64,000 nucleotides of DNA. Origin: Myxococcota bacterium (lineage in GTDB: Bacteria > Myxococcota_A > UBA9160 > UBA4427). Below are positions 58,016 through 64,000 of this stretch, one piece after another. The stretch's first letter is position 1, and each line of letters begins with the position of its first letter. The notes beneath the pieces are model-generated. The model had not been told where the DNA came from. It saw only the letters and a list, made by a program, of their open reading frames with translations, and did not search any database. The stretch spans positions 3,872,001 to 3,936,000 of the forward strand of contig OZ252299.1 in assembly GCA_965250285.1 (NCBI GenBank), in the 5' to 3' direction. A program made the translations under genes and the position numbers.

Positions 58016-59023
58016 ATGCCGATGGAGCTGCGCGTCTCGGTGCTCGGCGCCGGATCGTTCGGCACCACGATCGCGCACCTGGCCGCGCGCAACGCGCCGG
58101 TCACGCTCTGGTGCCGCCGCACGGAGACCGCGGACGAGATCAACCGCGCGCACACGCATACGCGCTACCTCGACGGGTATTCGATCGACCCCGACGTTCG
58201 GGCCACAGCGTCGCTCGAAGAGGCCGTGCGCGAGGCCGACGTGCTGGTGCTCGGCGTGCCGTCGGTGGGCATGCGCGAGGTGCTGGGCGAGGTCGCACGC
58301 CACATTCGACCGTGGGTGCCGATCGTGAGCCTGGCGAAGGGCCTCGAGCCCGAATCCAACCTGCGCATGACGCAGGTGATTCGCGAAGAGCTGCCCGACC
58401 ACCGCGCCGGCGCGCTCACCGGGCCCAACCTCGCGAAGGAGATCATGGGTGGGATGGCCGCGGCGAGCGTGATCGCGTTCGAAGACGCCGAGGTCGCGCG
58501 GCAGCTCCAGGCCGTCTTCAACTCGGGCCTCTTTCGCGTCTACACGAACCCCGACGTGATCGGCTGCGAGCTCGGCGGCGCACTCAAGAACGTCATCGCC
58601 ATCGCCGCCGGAATGGGCGATGGCCTGGGCGTCGGCGACAACACGCGAGCAGCGATCCTCTCGCGCGGCCTGGCCGAGCTGACGCGGCTCGGCGTCGCCA
58701 TGGGGGGGCAGCCGGCCACGTTTGCGGGCCTGGCCGGCATCGGCGACCTGATCGCGACCTGCAGCAGCAAGCAGAGCCGCAACCGCTTCGTCGGCGAAGA
58801 GCTCGGGCGCGGCCAGAAGATCGACCAGATCATTGCCGGAATGAAGCAGGTCGCGGAGGGCGTCAAGACGACGCGCGTGGTGATGGATCTCGGTCGGCAG
58901 TTCGACCTCGACCTGCCGATCACGCGCGACGTGTACGGCGTGCTCTATGAAGGTCGGACGGCGCTGCAGGCCTACCGCGGCCTGGTGCGGCGCGACCCGG
59001 GCGCCGAGAGCGAGCCGGGCTGA
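58016..59023 (+). CDS. gpsA: NAD(P)H-dependent glycerol-3-phosphate dehydrogenase
   Basis: GAGSFG, SLAKG, GPNLAKE, GGALKNVIAIAAG, GIGDLIATC...SRNR, VAEGV. Confidence 0.95.
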   Translation: MPMELRVSVLGAGSFGTTIAHLAARNAPVTLWCRRTETADEINRAHTHTRYLDGYSIDPDVRATASLEEAVREADVLVLGVPSVGMREVLGEVARHIRPWVPIVSLAKGLEPESNLRMTQVIREELPDHRAGALTGPNLAKEIMGGMAAASVIAFEDAEVARQLQAVFNSGLFRVYTNPDVIGCELGGALKNVIAIAAGMGDGLGVGDNTRAAILSRGLAELTRLGVAMGGQPATFAGLAGIGDLIATCSSKQSRNRFVGEELGRGQKIDQIIAGMKQVAEGVKTTRVVMDLGRQFDLDLPITRDVYGVLYEGRTALQAYRGLVRRDPGAESEPG

Positions 59024-59079
59024 AACCGAGCCAACGATACGGATATTCAGCGAGCCCGGCTGAGCCCTCGGCGCGCCCG

Positions 59080-59799
59080 CTACTCGGGCACCGCAAGATC
59101 GCTGCGCCAGATGCGTCGACACGTCGACAGCGCCTCGACGACGATGTCGCGGCTGAGACTCGAGTTGGTGAACGTGTACCGGATCGGCACCTCTTCGATG
59201 CGCAGACCCGCGCGGTAGACCCAAGCGAGGGCTTCGATGTGGAAGTCGAAGGCGCGACACCCCATCGGTGCGCGCACGAGCAGCTCGGCGGCACGTCGTG
59301 AATACGAGCGATAGCCCGACGTCACGTCGGTGAGGCGCGCGCCGCCCCAGGGCACCCGTCGCCCCTCGAGCGCCAGGTTCATCAATCGGTTGCCGGCCCA
59401 TGAGAGCAGGCGACGCCGCATCGGCACGTCGATCACTTCATCGCGCACGCCGAGCACGAGGTCGGCGTCGGCCCGCTCGACAAAGAGCGGGATCGCATCG
59501 GGGTCGTGCGAGAGCCCGGCGTCCATCGTGATGCAGTGCGTGTAGTCGCCGGTCAATGCCCAGCGAAAGCCGTCGAGGATCGCGCCCGCGATGTGCGTGT
59601 TTCGCTCGTGACGCACGACGTGGACGGCCCCCGCTTCGGCGGCGAGTTCGGCCGTACCGTCGCGGCTGCCGTCATCGACCACGCAGACGGGCGCGTGTAC
59701 GCGGGCCCGCTTCACGACCTCGGCGATCGTGTCGGCTTCGTTGAGGGCCGGCACCACGACCACCGGCCGGGGCGCATCGGGCGCGGCGGCCTGGGTCAA
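59080..59799 (-). CDS. GT2 glycosyltransferase, polyprenol-phosphate glycosyl synthase (Dpm1/Ppm1/GtrB-like)
   Basis: VPALNEA, VDDGSRDGT, MDAGLSH, DVTSGYR, EVPI; TTG start overlapping the upstream TGA. Confidence 0.88.
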   Translation of the reverse strand: MTQAAAPDAPRPVVVVPALNEADTIAEVVKRARVHAPVCVVDDGSRDGTAELAAEAGAVHVVRHERNTHIAGAILDGFRWALTGDYTHCITMDAGLSHDPDAIPLFVERADADLVLGVRDEVIDVPMRRRLLSWAGNRLMNLALEGRRVPWGGARLTDVTSGYRSYSRRAAELLVRAPMGCRAFDFHIEALAWVYRAGLRIEEVPIRYTFTNSSLSRDIVVEALSTCRRIWRSDLAVPE

Positions 59800-60560
59800 C
59801 GGCGCTCCCCGGCGCCCGCCCTCGCCGCGTCGGCGCGCTCGCGGTTCTCGATCTCGGCGCGCTCGATGTCCTCGGGTGTGTTGATGTTCACGTAGACGTC
59901 GCCGATGTCGAAGGCCCGTACAGGCAGCCCGTCGTCGATCGCGCACTGGATCAGATCGGGCAGCTCCTTCTCGTTGCGACTCTGGTTGATGGGCGTGAGG
60001 TCGATGTAGTCGAAGATCTTCGACCGGAAGATGCAGTTGCCGGTCCCACGCACGTCGTTGTGTGGCCGGCGAGGCTTCTCGATCAGGCGGTAGATGCGTC
60101 GGTCGCGATCGTCTTCGATCACCGCGTAGGTCTTCTGGATCTCGGCCGCATCGGCCTCGTGCACGACGCCGCAGATCACGAAGAGCTGCTGCTCTTCGAA
60201 CATGCGCACCATCTCTTCGTGGTGCGGCGACCAGAGGATCTCATCGGCCAGGAAGAGCATGAAGTCGCTGCCGTCGACGACCTCTTTCGCACACTCGATG
60301 GCGTGCACGAGACCGTGCCGGTCCTGCTGGATCACGTAGCGAATTCGCGTGCCGTGATACTCGATGCCGAAGGCGTTGATGATCGCCTCAGCGCGGTACC
60401 CGACGACCATCACGATCTCGTCGACGCCGGCGCGCACGGCGTTCTCGAGGCTGTACTCGACGAGCGGCTTGCCGAACAGCCGAAGCATGCACTTGTTGCC
60501 GTCGTCGGGCTGCGCACCGAGCCGGCTGCCACGCCCCGCAGCGAGGATCAGCGCCTTCAT
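59796..60560 (-). CDS. Sugar-1-phosphate nucleotidyltransferase
   Basis: MKALILAAGRGSRL, NKCML, LIEKP, ELPD, NINTPED; ATGA overlap. Confidence 0.92.
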   Translation of the reverse strand: MKALILAAGRGSRLGAQPDDGNKCMLRLFGKPLVEYSLENAVRAGVDEIVMVVGYRAEAIINAFGIEYHGTRIRYVIQQDRHGLVHAIECAKEVVDGSDFMLFLADEILWSPHHEEMVRMFEEQQLFVICGVVHEADAAEIQKTYAVIEDDRDRRIYRLIEKPRRPHNDVRGTGNCIFRSKIFDYIDLTPINQSRNEKELPDLIQCAIDDGLPVRAFDIGDVYVNINTPEDIERAEIENRERADAARAGAGERR

Positions 60561-61615
60561 CGAGCCGCGCCCCCGGCCATGGCGCCTTCTCCGTCGAAGA
60601 GCGCGCGATGCGTATCGACCCACTCGATCAGCTGCGGCACCCCCTCGGCAGGTCGCACCGTCGGCTCCCAGCCGAAGCCCTCGCGCGCCCGCGTGATGTC
60701 GCAGACGAAGTACTTGAGATCACCGAAGCGCGCCGGCTCGAATCGAACTTCGGTCTTGCGGCCGCTGACGCGATCGATCTCGTCGATGCACTCGAGCAGC
60801 GAGATCATGTGATCGGGCCCACCACCGACGTTGTAGATGCCAGCGGCCCCGCGCTCGTAGAAGCACTCGAAGGCGCGCGCGACGTCGGTCGCATACAGGA
60901 TGTCGCGAAGCTGCTTGCCGGTGCCGAAGATCGTGACCGGCCAACCGATCGCGTTGCGAATGCAGAAGTTCGCCACCCAGCCGTGGTCCTCACCGCCGAG
61001 CTGGCGCGGCCCGTAGATGCCGGTCAGCCGAAAGCTCGCTGCTCGCAGGCCGTAGCTCGACGCGTAGACCGACACGTAGTGCTCGGCCGCGGCCTTCGAC
61101 CCGTGGAGCGGGGTCAGATACCCCTCCATGGTCCGGGCGTCCTCGGCGATGGCCGGCGGATCGAGCTCGTAGCGGGTCTCGGTCTCGGTGAGCGCGTCGT
61201 TCACCCAGTTGCCGTACACGTGGACGGTCGCGCACGACGCGACCGGAATCGAGTGTCGACGCGCCGCCTCGAGCACGTGCACCGTGCCCGTCACGTTCGT
61301 CGACAGGTCGAGGAGCGGGTCTTCGAGGCTGATCGTGACGGCGGGCTGGGCCGCGGTGTGCACGATGTAGTCACATCGACTCGCATGGTCGAGCACGGCG
61401 TCGAGGTGGCGGATGTCTTCGCGCACCATCTCGACGCCCATGGCCTCGAGCAGGTTCCAGTTGTGGTCGCGGGCGAGGTCACTCTGATAGCCGGTCCGGT
61501 CGAGCTCCGACTTCGTCATGTTGTCGAACGAGACCACCTCCCAGCCCAGGCCGAGAAAGTGCTCGCAGACGTGCGAGCCCAGAAAGCCGCACCCGCCGGT
61601 CACCATCACTTTCAC
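60557..61615 (-). CDS. NAD-dependent NDP-sugar epimerase/dehydratase (CDP-paratose 2-epimerase-like) with atypical active site
   Basis: TGGCGFLG, HTAAQPAVT.S, IYGPRQ.G.EDHGWVA, GTGKQLRD; TPLHGSK replaces PYxxSK. Confidence 0.88.
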   Translation of the reverse strand: MKVMVTGGCGFLGSHVCEHFLGLGWEVVSFDNMTKSELDRTGYQSDLARDHNWNLLEAMGVEMVREDIRHLDAVLDHASRCDYIVHTAAQPAVTISLEDPLLDLSTNVTGTVHVLEAARRHSIPVASCATVHVYGNWVNDALTETETRYELDPPAIAEDARTMEGYLTPLHGSKAAAEHYVSVYASSYGLRAASFRLTGIYGPRQLGGEDHGWVANFCIRNAIGWPVTIFGTGKQLRDILYATDVARAFECFYERGAAGIYNVGGGPDHMISLLECIDEIDRVSGRKTEVRFEPARFGDLKYFVCDITRAREGFGWEPTVRPAEGVPQLIEWVDTHRALFDGEGAMAGGAAR

Positions 61616-61745
61616 GTCGACGGCCTCGCGCTCGTCGTCGGTGCCTCGAACGGGCCCGACAGGGAAGGGAGGGCGATTCTATCACGGGTCGTCGGTCGGG
61701 ATCTACGCCCGACCGGGGTGGCCCAATGCGTGAAGGGCGCGTGCG

Positions 61746-63248
61746 TCAGGGGTCGAAGGGGCGGATCCAAGGCTTCGCGCGGTCTTCGAAGTTGTTGTAG
61801 ACGGGCCCGCGCACGCTGTTGAAGAACTCTGGAGAGAATGGACCGCTTCCGCTGCGGGCGGAGTGACCGATGATCGCGATCGGCACGGCCGAGGCGATGA
61901 ACCCGATGCCGACCGCGAGGGCCACGAGCTCGGCGAACGCCGCCCTTGGCAGCACGCGCGCGAGCGCGATGCCCGCCGTGAAGCCCCCCCACATGGCGGT
62001 CAACGAGAAGAGATCCCAGTCGTAGGGCCCGTACACGGGGCGGATCATCAGGGCATAGATCCCGAGCGGGACCAGCCCCGCGAGCAGAAACCGCATGTCG
62101 CGATCGCCGACGAAGACGTGCCGCTCGAACGCGACCAGGCAGCCGAGCAGCCAGGGCGCAACGGGCGCCATGATGAAGAAGGCGTTGGCGAGATAGAAGA
62201 CGTGCTCGGGTGAGAGCAGTGTGTATCGCGTGCCGGGGCCCTCGGCCTGGAAGACGCGAATCCACACGTCGCCTCCAGTCGCCTCGTCGGCGGTCCCCCA
62301 GCGCACGAACTTGTCGACGGCGGGCTGGAGATCGGCCGCGTGGCCGGCGAGCACGAGCACGACGAGAAACACGATCGTCGGCGCCAACGCGACGACGGCG
62401 CCCCGCGTGAGCCGCGACACGACCTCATTCGTTGCGGGCATGCGGCGCGCATCGACGTCGCGGCCGAAGAGCACGAAGAGCAGGCTCGGACCGAGGAACA
62501 AGAACTGCAGGTGGACCCAGACGCCGACCCCGTACGCGAAGCAGACGACGGCCGGACCGACCCGACCCTGCGAGTGCGCGACCGACGCATAGAGATAGAC
62601 GCCGGTCGCCGCGAGCACGTAGGGATAGACCTCGATGTGCCCGAAGAACACGCGCACCAGCCCGGTGCCGACCGCCAGCGCGACGATCCAGCCTGCCTGG
62701 CGGACGTCTCCCACGAGGCCGCGGGCCGCGGCGTAGAGACCGAAGACGGTGATCGGGGCGCAGACGCTCGCCAGCAGGTGGACGAGTCGCTTGCCGCCGA
62801 TCCCGGTCCACTCGCCGAAGCGGAACCCACCCTGCAGAAAGAACGTCGCGCCGATGTCGGGAAAGAAGAACAGCGCCGGGTCGACATTCATCGCCCAGAG
62901 CAGAATGCGCGAGTCGCCGAAGATCAGATCGGTGCTGAGCGCGAAACACAGCGCCGTCAGCGCGACAGCGGCTGATCCGGCAGCGACACGCCCATGCCGA
63001 GCCCCAAGGACGAATGGGGCCTCGATGATCGGGATCAAGGCGCGGCGCACGGCCGGGACCGACCAGGCGATGAGCGCGACCGCGAACGAGACCCCCACGA
63101 ACGGCGGCAGATAGCGCCAGAGCGCCGCGCCCCAGACCGCGCTCGCCGCCGGCCACACGTCGAGCTCGAGCACGAAGACGAGCGGGAGCCCGACCGCGAG
63201 CCCGATCGTGGCGACGTGTGCGAGTCGAGCCGAGCGATCGGTGGCCAT
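61746..63248 (-). CDS. Polytopic membrane protein, probable GT-C-fold glycosyltransferase
   Basis: More than 10 hydrophobic segments, acidic loop motifs (FGDSR, FFGHIEVY, PYDWDLF); located within a sugar-nucleotide/GT2 locus. Confidence 0.6.
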   Translation of the reverse strand: MATDRSARLAHVATIGLAVGLPLVFVLELDVWPAASAVWGAALWRYLPPFVGVSFAVALIAWSVPAVRRALIPIIEAPFVLGARHGRVAAGSAAVALTALCFALSTDLIFGDSRILLWAMNVDPALFFFPDIGATFFLQGGFRFGEWTGIGGKRLVHLLASVCAPITVFGLYAAARGLVGDVRQAGWIVALAVGTGLVRVFFGHIEVYPYVLAATGVYLYASVAHSQGRVGPAVVCFAYGVGVWVHLQFLFLGPSLLFVLFGRDVDARRMPATNEVVSRLTRGAVVALAPTIVFLVVLVLAGHAADLQPAVDKFVRWGTADEATGGDVWIRVFQAEGPGTRYTLLSPEHVFYLANAFFIMAPVAPWLLGCLVAFERHVFVGDRDMRFLLAGLVPLGIYALMIRPVYGPYDWDLFSLTAMWGGFTAGIALARVLPRAAFAELVALAVGIGFIASAVPIAIIGHSARSGSGPFSPEFFNSVRGPVYNNFEDRAKPWIRPFDP

Positions 63249-63260
63249 CGCCGGCGCAGC

Positions 63261-64000
63261 TTAGGGGATGGCGCCGTCGCGGGCCGGCGGCCGTGGCGAC
63301 GCGTCGTCGAGCGCGTCGGCGATGGCCTCTGCGGCGACGGCGTGCCCCCGGCTCGTCGGGTGGTAGAGATCGAAGAAGAGAGGCGCGTCGCTCTCGACGG
63401 CCGCCTGTTCGAAAGCGGGCAGCAGATCGATGAAACCGGCCCCGACCTCGGCCGCCACTTCGGCCAGCTGTCCTTGTAGATCGACCCCCTGCCCCGACTC
63501 GAGCTGAGCTGGATGCGGAAAGCCCACGATCACTACTCGGGCGCCCTCGAGGCCAGCGGTCTCGACCATCTCGGCGTAGCGATCCCGCAGCCATTCGCGG
63601 TGGGGGCCTGGCTTCAGATCGATGGCAGCCATCGAGCGCAGGATCTGCAGCGAATCGTCGGGGGCGATGATCGCGCGCAGCCGTCGGCAGATCTCCCACG
63701 GACCACATGGGTTCGCCCGGGCGACGCGCTCGCCGCCCGGGAACGCCGCATCGGGCAGCTCGCCGAGGGCGCCGCGCGTCGCCGCGTCGAAGTGCAGCGT
63801 GGGATCGTTGAGATCGTTGATGCAGAACTGCACGAGAACGACGTCGGGCGCGTAGCGCATGCCCCTTCCTTCGAGCCACGCGGCCTCGTTGAAGGGCCCA
63901 TACCCGCTCACGCCGAGATTGACGACCTCGGTGTCACCGTCTTCAGAGAGCCGCGCCTCGAGGCGGCGCGCGAAGGTCTCGGCCTCGGCGACGCCATAGC
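63261..64000 (-). CDS. SGNH/GDSL hydrolase family protein (5'-truncated by window edge)
   Basis: YGVAEAETF, VVNLGVSGY (block II), CIND (block III), DLYHP (block V). Confidence 0.9.
   Translation of the reverse strand, partial: YGVAEAETFARRLEARLSEDGDTEVVNLGVSGYGPFNEAAWLEGRGMRYAPDVVLVQFCINDLNDPTLHFDAATRGALGELPDAAFPGGERVARANPCGPWEICRRLRAIIAPDDSLQILRSMAAIDLKPGPHREWLRDRYAEMVETAGLEGARVVIVGFPHPAQLESGQGVDLQGQLAEVAAEVGAGFIDLLPAFEQAAVESDAPLFFDLYHPTSRGHAVAAEAIADALDDASPRPPARDGAIP

Noticed and set aside
61693..61715. Hairpin CGGTCGGG-ATCTACG-CCCGACCG as an intrinsic terminator
   Set aside because: No U-tract on either strand. The function cannot be supported from sequence alone.

Overview
A very GC-rich bacterial chromosomal window, densely coding, with about 50 genes. 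A Myxococcota/Binatia-like heterotroph is my inference from gene content, not a proven assignment. I saw no rRNA, tRNA, CRISPR array, transposase, integrase or phage genes. The content is mostly accessory catabolism and detoxification: sulfatase-fold enzymes, two DUF3604 proteins, two Rieske oxygenases, TauD, LLM, SDR and ADH oxidoreductases, GST-fold proteins, CoA transferases and a carotenoid-oxygenase-family enzyme. A lipid pair (HAD-PlsC, gpsA) and the edge of a surface-glycosylation locus close the window. The strongest signal is one the ORF track splits in two: a 253-aa, 3-TM membrane-anchored peroxiredoxin-like selenoprotein (1429-2190). It has an in-frame UGA in W-U-P-Y-C followed by a SECIS-like hairpin, and lies directly behind an ScsB/DsbD-type electron transporter. 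It is preceded by a tandem TGAGAGT-N3-ACTCTCA palindrome that recurs as a tandem pair upstream of a GST gene 7 kb away, suggesting a small thiol-redox regulon. All functional calls come from motif recognition by eye; no database searches were run.
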